Assembly: GCF_003918875.1 (NCBI RefSeq)
Contig: NW_025765559.1
Span: forward strand, 744,001 to 808,000
Source of the DNA: Haliotis rubra
Taxonomy: Eukaryota
Direction: 5' to 3'
DNA length: 64,000 nucleotides
Of the stretch, positions 37,313-50,380 are shown piece after piece. A program made the translations under genes and the position numbers. The first letter of the stretch is position 1. The number at the start of each line of letters is the position of its first letter. Below the pieces are notes generated by a model. That model did no database searches and was not told the DNA's origin. It saw only the letters and a list, made by a program, of their open reading frames with translations.

Positions 37313-38871
37313 TCTATACGATGAATTACACCTTAAAGAAACAGTGTAAATTATTGCGTTACTTTCTTCTGTCAGTATATCACAACATGTTACAGCACCG
37401 CCCTTTGCACTGATGCATCGCAGGACAAACTGTGCTTTAAAGACTATCATTAATCACGCACGCTGTTGACCAGTGTCCAGTAGCTTAAGCCGATGACCAC
37501 GCCTGGCGCACGGACAACCTTTGATGTGGGCACGTGCGCAGTAACGCTGATGATAATGTGGTCATCTGGTCACTTAGAGTGACCATTACCGCCTCATCAT
37601 CACGGTTAGCGCTTCTTATTGCATGCAATGCGTGACTCTAATCCATACCTCTTGGATAAGCACTGCTTCATTATCGGATTAAAGAGGGCAAGTGGTTATT
37701 GTCGACTTGGGGAGGGAACCTCGTTGTTACAAACAGATGGACAAGTGGCACGGCCCCACCTATTTGTAAACAATCATTATTAGTCTTAATTAGCGTCCAT
37801 GGTAATCTAGGTTACTTTGGCGTAACGACTTCATTGCAGCTTGGGAGCTCGGGTAGATATGCAGTCACAACACCCGACACTTAATGCTTAACACCCGGCT
37901 GCTAAATTGGCGATCGGGTGGCCAATATGGTCGCTACGTGAGCCCGTTTCTGTGATCCGGTTGACAAGTAATGGGCATTCACACGGTTCCACTAGTTGGC
38001 CCAACTTGTTGAATGCGATTAGTTGTACAAACTGAAGTTGAATATCACTCGGCACACGGCGTCTTGTTGAATACATTTCTGATATCGCGAGATCTCCGAC
38101 CAAAAGCATGCGATTCACTTCCTGCTTGGCGTGTTAAGTTTCAAACTCACGGTGTTGAAATACGAAAGCTCTGGTTTTGTAGATTAAAGAGTTTGTAATG
38201 CACTGATTTTTCTCATCTCATGGTGTAAAATCAAAACTAATTTTAAAAGTAGAAATTAATAGATGTCGTCCATGTCTAGCTCTTTGAGAGTCCTAAGGAT
38301 ATGAACAAGATTATTAACGGATTAAATTCCTGGATTCGAATCACGACTATCGACATAAAACAGCTAAGTAAACGAAATGCTCACGTTTGCCTATTAAGTG
38401 TATACTTTAATGTATTATTTTTATTTTATTTTATTTATTTTTTTCAAATTTATTAAATATAGAAGCTAACGATATCTTGTTAATGTGGTCATTCAGTTCC
38501 ATGTATTGTGTGTGCACTTTTGTGACAATATCAATACAGGTGTTGGTGTTGAAACTGGTGTGTCATTGTTTATTTTTCGCCCATATTTCATTCGTGTCTC
38601 GAAACTACTTAAATAACGTTTTCAATTTTAAAGTAACGATGGGCCATATCCTCCAGACATATACTTTGCCGTATCTATTTGGCAACATCCCTATTTGATA
38701 ATGACTTATATAATGGACTTTTTTACAAAGATGTCGTATGGCTATAAGAAAAATAAAAAATTATAAAATATATATTATTTTATATATTATTTGCTGACCA
38801 CATGGCAAGACCAAGTCACTAACATTTGAAGACCTTGATGAGTTTGTTTTCACAAACCCTTGTTTGTCCTT

Positions 38872-39093
38872 CGTGAAGATCCGGGTTAGAATTGATCTTC
38901 AACAACCCATGCTTTTTCGTAATGGGATTGACTTTTAATGGGATCGACTTGTCAGGTTAATGCATGTCATCGTATCATTGGAGATCGATGCTCATGATGT
39001 CAATCACAGGGTTGTCTGGCTCAGACCCAAACAATTACAGACCGCAGTCATACGGTTTGAATACTGCTGAGTGCGGAGTTACCCAAACATAAC
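38872..39093 (+). mobile_element. Family B retroelement, diverged
   Basis: cgtgaagatccgggttagaattgatcttcaacaacccatgc..agatcgatgctcatg..ctgctgagtgcgg. Confidence 0.82.
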
Positions 39094-39254
39094 CAGATCA
39101 CTAAATGAGCGAGGTGGCCGACTGATGAGGGTGTTCACTCTTCACGCAAAAAGGCCGGGTTCGTGGTAGAACATGGTAGAAATCACAGTGCCATTGAACA
39201 GCCCAACAGAAGGTGTAGAGCATCAGTGACATACATGTACACACAGACAACGGC

Positions 39255-39415
39255 GGCGGTGGAGTGGCCTTGTGGTTAAGGCGTTGGCTCGTCACGCCGG
39301 AGATTCAGGTTCGATTCCCATCATGGGTACAACGTGTGAAGCCCATTTCTGGTGTCCCCTGCCGTGATATTTCTAGAATATTGCTGAAAGTGTCGTAAAG
39401 CCATACTCACTCACT
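39255..39415 (+). mobile_element. SINE family A
   Basis: A/B boxes, (actc)n tail, TSD caca(g/a)acaacggc. Confidence 0.9.
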
Positions 39416-40655
39416 CACAAACAACGGCTTTATCTGACATGATATTTCTTGTATCTCAACACCTTTTCACCCACGACAGTGGTGCTATTCATGTTTGGGG
39501 TGAGGTTATGAGCTATTGTTTTCTTTACTTAACAAAACAATATTCCCAAAAAAATAACTGTTGAACAAAACACACAAAAATTGTCAGCTAGACATGCTTC
39601 GTTCTGAAACGCAAACAAACGTGCATGGCTCTTCCCAGTCTTCTACCCAGAATAGTAGTAACCCTGAAAAACATTACAAACATGTGACGTTAACGCGGAA
39701 ATGGTGACCCGTCGGTGTAATGGGATGATTGACTATCATCGCCAAGGGTTCTATTTATGTTCTTTGGTTAAAAACTAATGGGCAATAGTAGCATGAACTG
39801 TCGAAAGTACCCTACACATGAAACTAATATCTCGTTACTGAAATGAAATTCGTTTATTCAAAACGTTAAATTACGTTATCCGAACATGCTCGATGGACAC
39901 AGGATTATTTCAAAAGTATGCATTGCCATTACTTAAGATAAAATTGACAGTCAGCCAAACCACAAAGCAGAGATTTTTAAGAAACTGCAGTAATCTGGAC
40001 AAGCCAACTATTATTTACATGCATGGACTGTATTGGGTATAGTTGATTCTGGGTCTGTACAACAGATTACCTGAACATCGTAATATTGATTGCCAATCCT
40101 GGGATACCACCTGTCTCGAGGAGAACACATATTTCATTAGTAGTCTTACGGTTCAACCGTCTTACCATACGTAATGCTTATCCGTGCATGACTAACACTT
40201 ACACTGATATTACGACTGTCTCTCCTTTACCAAATCAAATTTAAGAGAAATTAAAACTGAAAATATTAATATTTTCAGAGGTATGATTGCAACTGCTAAA
40301 CAAAATTAAGTAAGCTCACTACAGTTTCCGGATACAAATTATGGAAACATCGCTTCTAAACCAGACCAATTTTCTTGGTAGCTCGATTTCGCCGGATGTT
40401 ATTTATTCAAGAACTTGATGAAGTGTTCAGTGCATGTCTGTGCGACCACGTGACCGGTTCTTCCATAAAATTGATCATTTTGCAAAAGTAACACTCCAAG
40501 AGCACTCTCCCACGTCACTCATGTTCGTACAGGAACATCCACGGTGCACATCAACATGAACACTTTGAGCTGAATCACATTTAAAGGTAATATACTGAAG
40601 TATTTTACAACAGGATATGGCAATTGGTAAATTGAGATGGCGACTGGAGAAGGAG

Positions 40656-41000
40656 GTGGGAAGAATATGACCCGCTCACCACGCGCACCACTTCGCAGAC
40701 CATCGCGAGAGATTCGTCGCCAAACTTTCCCAACTCACCACGGGGCATTCGCAAACATGCACCAGATGAAAGCCGAAGTGATTGGCTTTTGGGGGAATGA
40801 TAGGGATGTTTAATTAATGTAAGAGACTTCTTACTGAGCAAGAGAGGCCCAGAGCCGCGTCAACCCCAATTGCTTCCGACATGCATCATGGCGGACGTCA
40901 TGGCGGTCATCCGGGTACTTATCGTCTGCTCTCAGTCTGCGCGTCTCTGTGATGAGGGCCTGAAGGTTACGAAAGCGTCGACATAATTTAAAATGAGGGT
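40656..41000 (+). pseudogene. Decayed Penelope-like 3' end: GIY-YIG endonuclease relic followed by a degenerate hammerhead
   Basis: Hand translation VGRI*PAHHAHHFADHRERF..LTTGHS, then frameshifted HQMKAEVIGFWGNDRDV*LM*E, resembles the Penelope GIY-YIG pattern (G.T......RF.EH....H....H....V......R...E). It is followed by gTGATGA-gggcc/ggttac-GAAA-gcgtc at 40949-40979. Confidence 0.45.
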
Positions 41001-42388
41001 AAATGAAGAAAATTAACTCTGTGAAAAATATCTAAGCAATCTGGACTGCAGCAAACATAATCAAATGTGACCTGTAGGCGCTTCCGCAGATGCCGTAAGT
41101 CGGTTTAGGTGGTCACGTGATGCGTTGTCGTGAATGGAAATGCCCCCAGCACGCTTGAGTTACAAAATTAACAGGCGAATGCATTTATTACGCACATGCC
41201 GTGTCCGCAAAACTAAGTTTCCTACTCTACAATGTTCCCAAGGGAAAGTGTGAGAATGACTGTTGAATTTGGCAATCTAATCTAACGCCCTCAACGCCTC
41301 TTTAACGCTCTCCGGAGCGTACATTTCATGGAAGGTTTATGCAATTTGTAGCTGTTGGGTCTTTTTAAATTTGTACAAATCTTTACTCTAATATCATCTG
41401 ATATCAAATTTAGTATATGAGAATGGTAGTCAAATGAACACCTATTGCTTGAAATACTATTAGGCATCTTTCCACAGTTTTGATCGCTAGGTACTATTGT
41501 TAACTTATCAATACCTTTTTCCTCCTTTCCAATGGTGATAGTATGAAAAGAAGAATTCCACGCGATTTCACTTTGAAATATCTGCTTAAAGGTCAGATCT
41601 TTTATTCTCAAGAGAAAACGGTTAGATGGAGAAGATGAGAATGAGTTTTAATTATGAGAACTCTGGATAAACGAAGAAAATCTATTTTAAATATTTTTAA
41701 ATATTCATAGTGAGAAGTCATAAAAATCGAAAGAAACCTTTTAAGCGATAAAAATAACTCTGGTATTAGTTTTTTGACAATTTTCGTTTTGAATTAAAGT
41801 GTTTAAGAAAAATACGGATACTAACTATCTGGACTAAAGATTTTTGCGTGAGATGATAGTGTTCTAATAGACATTTTTATCTGATTTGACGCCAGAAGAA
41901 CAACAAGATTATGTTCCATTGCGCGATGTCTTCGGCTCAGTGCAAGACGCTGTAAGGAGCGAGTCAACTGTGACGTTGTCTCTCTGTCATTTAATGTGCT
42001 TGTTTGGTGTACATAATTATGGTGTGCATAAAATTGGTACCGTCAAGATCTTTTGGGAATTACATTAACCAGTCATGCCAGTATGGTCTATTGCCAGGAA
42101 CCTAACGCCCTTTTACTGGTTAAATGATGATGATGATGATGATGATGATGATGGTGGTTGTGTAGGGCAGTGGATTTTCATTCGTTTGTTATGCTGAGAA
42201 CCGGGTTCGATTCCTTGAAAAGGTCCACATCGCGAGGATTTTTCTTGGACCCCTGCTTGGGTATTGCGACTGCATACGGCTTAACATCTGAAATCGTTTG
42301 CAGATTAGGCGCCTGGGTCGTCAGCTGCAGGAATCTTCACTAGAATAGATATGGTCAAATACTGATGTTACTTTTGCACCCCACATTT

Positions 42389-42634
42389 GGGGGGTGGGGT
42401 GGTTGGGGTGTCGCCTACTGGGTAAAGCGTTCGCTCGTCACGCTGAGAGCCCGAGTTCAATTCCCCACGTGGGTACAATGTGCTAAGCCCATTTCTGGTG
42501 TCCCCCGCCGTGATATTGCTAAAAGCGGCATAAACTCATACTCACTCACTTTTATGTTGCTTCTGTTACGAAACATCTGACATTACAAGAGGGAGCTGGA
42601 ATAGTGCTAAAAGCGGCTTATAATCTAACTCAGT
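42389..42634 (+). mobile_element. SINE family A carrying an 80-bp templated insertion
   Basis: TSD caccc(c/t)acatt at 42377-42387 and 42635-42645. It has two tails; 42513-42592 matches 21271-21350. Confidence 0.9.
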
Positions 42635-44355
42635 CACCCTACATTAGATCCCCATGGTGAAACAGGTCACCACTGCATCACGCTTGTTGTACAAGACGAA
42701 TATAAGGATTGTGGATTGTTAGTCACATCGCCCAACACCTGATGACTGATGATAACCAACGCAAACGATCATGAAGGTTGCACATTTATCGTTCTATAAG
42801 TCTGGATAATTTTGTAAAAAGTAACGCTCCACGAATACCCTCCGAAGTTACTGGTGTTACCTTGACCGCCGACGGTGCATATCACATTAGATTAACAACT
42901 AGACTCTGAAATGAACATATTTTACAGAAAACAAGGTTCCTAAACTATATTCTTAAAACATAGAACTAAGGAGCCTCAGGTTCTGTATGAAAGGCTATGT
43001 CTGAGTGGGATAATCATGTTAAACTGCCGTATGGCGTCTCAGTGGGTGTAAATCAGGAGCGGTAAATTCACCCCCACACACACACGCACGCACGCACGCA
43101 CGCACGCACACACATCAGGTCGTTTAGAAACAAACATTCCCCGTACAACCAATACAACGGAAAATGAAGACGGTCGCTAGACTCCTTTTTATTGCATTTC
43201 ATGAATATAATTTAGGAACCGTTTATATATTTATATATGTTAGTCTACCTGACGCTCTATAAATGACGTGATCTGAAATATATAAAATAACCCCCTTTCA
43301 CAGTTCCTGATCCAGATTATTTTCCCTTGTGTCTAAACTTGCACAATATTGCGCAAGGTAATTATTAATAGATAAAATGATCATAGCTAAAACACATAAA
43401 ATTATACCTCTGACAGACTGGCGTAATGCCCCTTTATTTAGACTAGCTTCTTTAAAGGATAGAATTACTATACATCCATAGCATTAAGTACAACTTTGTG
43501 CCCGACTCTTACAGTAATGTAACAGCAGAAAGTGAAAAAGGCCCAGAGTTTCTGCAGGTACTCAAACTCCTATCTCACTGGCTTCAAACACTAAGCGTTA
43601 GTCGAGAGGGGAAAGGGCTGGGAGGGTGTGGGTTGTGCTGTGATATTCTGCAACAGGAACCAATGGTCACAGAAACAGACGGGCAATAGAGAGCCTACAC
43701 ATATGTTTGAATTGATTTGATGGGACTGTTGTTTGTTTTCTTTGTGAAGATTTCAACCTTAGGTTTACAATGTTCCAGTGACTGTTTTCAGCCCAGTAAC
43801 GTTTTTTTGCGTTTGGAAAGTTTTCTTTGTTTTGTCCTGCAGTTTATGACCAGGTGTCAAGTGAATTTCTTAAAATGTGTGACATATCTGGACAGGCGCA
43901 TCAGCGAAATCTTATGCAATGAATAATTATACCTATCGAAGCTTGAGTAGTATATATGTCTAGCTTCCTTCCCGAGGGGCTACAATTACTAACGACTATT
44001 TCCAATTTGGATTCCTTACAAAAAGTTTGTCTTCACTTCGTATTTACATTACTTTCGTTTGACTAAAAGAGAACGCAATGTTTACGATAATCGTCATCAT
44101 TCAAACGTCGTTAAGTACAACAGAAATCATGGCGTACATAACATATATAATTCACGGACGTGAAAAAATGGTTATTGATGGTTCCTCCAAGCCTTGGGTT
44201 CCACGTCGACCAGAAGCACAACGACTTAGAAACACAGACGGCGCCCGGAAAACAATATAGAGTCAGTCAAGACAAATTGGAAACGACATCTCTCTCATTT
44301 CTGATGATTTCCGTACGGAAAGTAGCATCTACTGCGCGCACCTTTGGCAATAATA

Positions 44356-44369
44356 CCACCAGGGGGCGC
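44356..44369 (+). promoter_or_regulatory. CTCF consensus site
   Basis: CCACCAGGGGGCGC is an exact match to the bilaterian CTCF core. Binding is not shown. Confidence 0.5.
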
Positions 44370-44831
44370 AATAGTGCAGAGTTCGGGTCGCGAACTTTTT
44401 CGAAATGGCCGCCATCCCTGCGCGGCGCTTTGACAGCCTGGATGATAGGTTCGGTAGTTAACTGTGGCATGGCGTGGTCTGAAGTATTTGTGTCGTAATT
44501 TCTTACCAGGTTTCCTCAATAGGCAAGGCGCCTTGGTAAACCAACGCCTGCTGAGGTGCGATTATTTTGGCGGGAAACCAATTGCAGCTTCCATTTGTCA
44601 GGGGCAATAACTCTGATGAGACCCAGACAACATTCTTCGCGCCATGCATCCCGGAGTAACGAGATTTTGTACATTTGGGACGAGATGGGGAAACGGGGCA
44701 ATAACATGATTTCACCGTCTGTGAATTTGGGTTTATCATCTGTTCTCATCATTGTTTCTATTCCCAAGTCAAGATGCTCTAATTCAATATTTGAATTAGT
44801 TTGTGCTGACGGATGTCTCTATCAGTTTTCA

Positions 44832-44997
44832 GGGGCAGTGAGGTAGCCTAGTGGTTAAAGCGTTCGCTCGTCACGCCGAAGAACTGGATTCGATTCCCCA
44901 CATGGGTACAATGTGTGAAGCCCATTTTCTGGTGTCCCCCGCCGTGATATAGCTGGAACATTGCTAAATGCGGCGTAAAACTAAACTCACTCACATA
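44832..44997 (+). mobile_element. SINE family A, full length
   Basis: TSD ctctatcagtt(t/a)tcag on both sides. Confidence 0.94.
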
Positions 44998-46372
44998 CTC
45001 TATCAGTTATCAGTATACACATTCAGATACAATTGGGGGCCAGGGTAGCAAAGACGTTTTAGATGTGATTGTTTTCACTCTGTTGACTCAGTGCAGACCC
45101 TAGGTGGACACTTCACTTCTCCGTCTAATATAGCCAAGTGGCCAGTACTCAGGGTCAAGATTTGACTGGACCTGGGTCAAATATCCAGCGCTTCCTCAAT
45201 ATTGCAAATCGAGTGTAAACATGAACGGTGTCATTTCATGTTAATTAGTGCAGAATAATATAATTAACATGAGAAACACTGCCGTGAGGTATAAATCCTG
45301 CATAACATGCAGGTGGGGTGTACGTTGTGAGGGATACGATTCACAAATGTTTCACACTTGTAATGAAACAGGGAGATATAATTGATTATTGTTTAATGTG
45401 TGTAAGTGTATATGTATGAATTCTGTCTGGGGAATGTTACATAACATGCAGATGGGGTGTACGTCGTTGTAGCTCGGCTATGAGGCATAGAAAATGTTTC
45501 ACATATGTGAATGAAGTTGGGGAAAGCTTTGAAAACATCTACCATCTACCAAAAACGTCGTGAAAAGCTCATTTTTAAAATAGAAAATCCACAAAACGAA
45601 TGAAAAATGCAAAGGATTTCACAGAAGGTGACTCTAAAATACTGCCCATCACTGTACTACGTCGTCTAAAATATTATCGTGGATCCAAAACAAATCTCTG
45701 ACCTCCACAGCTGGTTTTCTCCCAAGTTAGTTATACAGCTGGAGAAAGTTGTGTTTGTAGGAAATCAACAGGAAAGATTGCAAAAGAAATGCTGCATAAG
45801 GTCTATCTTGTAGACGGTTTCAAAGAATTTTCGAGATTTCTTTGAAAATTTCATCGAAATTTGAAGTTCTACTGAAGGTCTCTCATCAAACAGTCTTATG
45901 TTAATCCATTTTTTACAGGTTCCACTCTTATGAACCGTGTTTGCCACGTACACTGTGTAGTGTCAGACTACTTTTTTGTAAAATGTATTTAACAGTTATA
46001 TTTGTCATAATGACAATGTGACGTAAAGCCCAACTCAACTCAAGTTAACATTTATGTAGCAACATACATGGGACCTCGTTCATACACGCGCTACTCTCCA
46101 TGACGTCACTGTCCATGACGTCACTGATCGTGTAGATGGAAGCGACGCTGAAATGGTAAACTAGTTGTGATTATTGACACCTGGATGGAAATTCTGGATC
46201 TTCAATATAATATTGTTTGTAGTCAATGTTAGCTATGATGACTCTTGTACACATCGGGCTATCATGTTGGAAATATATTTTCAAAACGTTATTTCAAACA
46301 TTATTTTTAATGTCTTAGAATAATACCTTCTAAATATGTAACTAGGTTCAGACGAAGTTTACACTCAGACGA

Positions 46373-46729
46373 GGTGAGGTGAGGTGAGGTGAAATTGGGT
46401 TTTACGTCGTGCTTGAGAATATTTCGCTCATATGACGACGTGCATGCGTGTGTATGTGTATGTGCGGCTGCTTGTACTAGCCCAGACTGAAGCTGGTTTT
46501 ATAGTGCTAGCCCACTGAGATACCATGCCGCAGTGAAGCATGAATACCCCACTCAGACACATTACACTGAGTCCGAGCCGACCAGTCCTTGTTGTACCCA
46601 TTAATGCCGAGCGCCAGGCAGGGACCAACAAGTAACATATTTTAACGTCTTGTGGTATGGTCGGGGATCGAACCCGCGACCTTCCGCTTTCCGGGCGGAC
46701 GCTTTAACCACTACACCACGGAGGCGGCC
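46373..46729 (-). mobile_element. SINE family C, second copy
   Basis: Near-identical to 20614-20959. 11-bp TSD cactcagacga at 46362-46372 and 46730-46740. Confidence 0.93.
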
Positions 46730-47169
46730 CACTCAGACGAACAGTCAACATGCAGAAGACGTGAATCCTTGGAGGCCTGTTTAGTTCGAAGCTTTCTTTT
46801 AACTGGACAATTGCTGATTGTAAACAACACACAAACAAACAATACTTTAGATGGGCAACATCCTGTTTCCTACATTTACAGCCTTTGATGTTACGGAAAG
46901 AGATTGTCGTCCCCGCTGGACTTGACTGCCTCGTTCCCAGTGGAGAGCGTTACGAATGTGTCGTACGTATCGACTGTTTAGTTGCATCGACTGTATTGCG
47001 AGCTGCATGAGATGCAGTTAGCGATCTTTTTCGATGAAGCTAGCGACATCATTGCTCCGTCCTTACACGGCCGATATCCTCGCATGGATTTCAATAATTA
47101 GTGTCATATTTTAGCTCGTGATCTCGCACAGACTGCCCCCAACTCCAACTTGCTTTCGTGTTCAATCAC

Positions 47170-47395
47170 ACATGGACTCTCGTGGACTCGCATGCATTGT
47201 AACATGAACTTTCCAACGGACTGTTTATTCTAACATGGAATCCCGTGGACTCGTATGAATTCTAACATGAACCCTCCAACGGACTCGCGTTATTCTAACA
47301 TGGCTTTGGTTGCACTCTAACATGGACTCTCGTGGTCTCGCATGCATTCTAACACGAACTCTCAGCCGGACTCGCGTTTGCTCTAACATGGACTT
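47170..47395. repeat. Short diverged minisatellite (~32-bp, taacatggactctcgtggactcg core)
   Basis: About 7 recurrences of (tc)taacatg(g/a)ac. Confidence 0.75.
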
Positions 47396-47510
47396 CGTAC
47401 AGTCATATAGTTCACTCAGAGAAAAACTAATAATATTTTAATTACTATCATTTCATTTTCTGTACGTTGTTTTAACCTTGTAAATGTATTTTAACCTTCA
47501 AATTACATTT

Positions 47511-47675
47511 GGGCGGTGGGGTAGCCTAGTGATTAAAGCGTTGGCTCGTCACGCCGAAAACCCGGGTTCGAATCCCCACATGGGTACAATGTGTGAAGCC
47601 CATTTCTGGTGTCCCCCGCCGTGATGTTGCTGGAATATTGCTAAAAGCGGCGTAAAACCAAACTCAGTCAGTCCG
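47511..47675 (+). mobile_element. SINE family A, full length, (AGTC) tail
   Basis: 11-bp TSD tcaaattacat at 47498-47508 and 47676-47686. Confidence 0.95.
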
Positions 47676-48829
47676 TCAAATTACATATAGTACTGACAAA
47701 CCATTCCACATGTACATGGTTACCATGGTAACAAAAATGTTAAGACCAACACACTACAATTGCCACAGCGACACATATGTGTTAATTAGCACACTGTTTC
47801 TGTCATTCAGCGCCACCACAATACAAGACCAACAAAACGGCTTCTATATGAAATTGACACGTCGCATGAACTAAACAAATGAATTTCATCTTAATCTCGC
47901 GGAGAGTTCATTGTCCAAAGGTACTCAACGATGCATCACGGGAAATGTAATGACCCGTTCTAATCTCGCTTTATCTCGTTGCTAACGTTCTCTACATTAT
48001 TAAACCAGGATTATTAATTATTCATCTCTTCCGATGATCGCCCCGAATGTAAATGCCAGTTCCTTCGGCAAAGGTGTTGTGTCGTTCGCGAAATGCTCTG
48101 CCCCGGATTAAAAGGCAGTTCTTCAGCTCACGATGTGCGCTTCTCGTGGCTATGTACACTTTATAAATGTTTCAGCGCTACCTTCGTCTCAAGGGGCTGA
48201 ACTCCTCATCCCACTCACGGATATGAGATGTGCGACTCGTTGATACATCCAGCAAGCGGCTCAAATAAAGGTTTTGTTATCAGTTAAATGTGGCAGGTAA
48301 TCTCCCCTTATCGCCATCTATCGCAGCCCACGATAGCATTGCATCCCGTTCTTGTATTTAAAAATGTCTATTTATTTGCTTTTAAAATAGCTTTAAAAGG
48401 CTACTTGCGTTTTTATCTCTCATGGGTTTAAGACGGAACGGTATCGTTGACAGTTAAAAGCATTTTCTGCGCATCTTATGATTTATAACTATATTTCTAC
48501 TTATCTGCACACGGGGATATTTTACTAAACATTTAGATGCTAAGATTGTAAACACAATCAAGTCAAACAGTTTTAGCACAGTTTTAAGTTTAAGTAACGG
48601 TATCTTTAAACGAAAATACGATCTCAAACTGACAGCACACGTGACATGTTGTATATGCTTGATGTTAAGGCATTCTGAATTTTTAATGAATTTTTTTTAT
48701 TTAGATAATGCTTCCAGGTACAGAAATTTTAAATTAAAAATTCCAAACTGAATTTATTATCTCTCATATTTGGATGTAGACATGTAAGTATACCAATGCA
48801 GTAAAGACGACCTTCACAAAAAATTATTG

Positions 48830-48830
<1 letters not shown>

Positions 48831-48872
<42 letters not shown>
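48831..48872. repeat. (ATC)n microsatellite
   Basis: Directly visible. Confidence 0.95.
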
Positions 48873-50380
48873 TACAACATAAACAGTAGCAATAATATCA
48901 CAATATTCATGAAAAAGGTGTTAAATGTTAAGAACCAACAACTTAGTGATAGGTGCTGGAAGAAGTGTCAGAAATATATTTTCCTTTTCACGAATTTATC
49001 ATTATTTTATTCACTTTAATTTTAGCGCTTGAAAAATTATAAACATAATGTCAAAAGGAAAAGGGCCGACAGTATAGTCCCAGGGCCTCGACTGAGTTGA
49101 ACAGAAGGTTTACCCAAAGAGTACTTTGATAATAAATCACCAATATTTCACTGATGAACGCGAGTATTTATGAAATATGGCCACAACAAAGGCTTTTAGT
49201 CGGCTAACGTAATCCCCAGACTGTTAAAATTCCGTTAAACATTTTAAAATTAAATGTAAATTGAAATTATTGAATTGTATTTCACCCGTTGAGAATTTCC
49301 CAGCTCCCACTCGGCCCCTCCAGAGGCCTATTTCGTAATCAAAGTCTGTCATGCGCAGTGGCTTGAGTAGCCTGACTGTCCATGCAGACGATGGCTATAA
49401 GGGATTGTGTCAAAGATGTCTTTCATTAATTTGAAACATTTAAGCTTTCGGTAGAGTCCTCTTGGGTGATTGTTTTTAATTTTCTCGGATTATGGCAAAT
49501 TTGACATACTCATTGACGGAAATAATTCTCACATGGTTCTGAGATAAAATAATGTGCGTTAAGATTTTCGCGATCGATATTTGTGTTTGCAGTTTTGAAA
49601 CGATCCCTACACGAAAAGCACTGGGTGCTCCCATTTTCGTGGCGCAATAATCACATGGGTCCTTTTACGCACAATATTGTATTAGAAGAACAGATCCGCG
49701 GCTTTCAAATGCAGGGCTGTAGCATGTGCAACGGATCGGGACTACTTCTTGTAATGGCTGCCCGGGTCAAAGGTTACGTTAGTGGACGTCAACTATTATT
49801 ATAGCAAGGAGGCACCGGTCGATCATTCTGAGCCCGACTCTCATTCGACATTTGTGATTGGCTTAGTGCTTCGTGTGTATAATGATATAAACATAATTGT
49901 CCAATCAGCGTTGGAGCGTGTCATTAGCCCGTTTAAGGGCCCCTAACGTGTATAAGCGTCACTACTGTCGTCAACAGATGGTATCAAGGGTGTGTTTTGT
50001 AGATTTTACTGATTGTGTAGCTTTCAGATTAAAGTATGACATTTAATCATCCCATTATCAAAAAAGGACTTTGTCATCAGTGAAATGACTTTTGGCTCGC
50101 GAGGACAATAATTGTTTCATCGTATCAACAGATATGCCAAATTATATTAACGATTAAAGAGAAGAACTGTCAATGTTATGATGGAAGTCATTTACAACAT
50201 TACAACAAGCAGACAACGGATTCTTCTTATTGTAGACTCTGTCACAAAAAAAGATTGCTGAGGATGTTTGCATCTGGAAAAATGAGTGCCATTCTTATTC
50301 TTTACGCATTCCTAATTACCGAATACATTTTGGAAATATCTAATGCATGGAATTGAATTCTTGTTGATGCACGTCTTAGT

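Noticed and set aside
44301-44335. ctgatga..gaaa resembling a hammerhead core
   Set aside because: The 10 nt between the boxes cannot form stem II and no stem I is evident.
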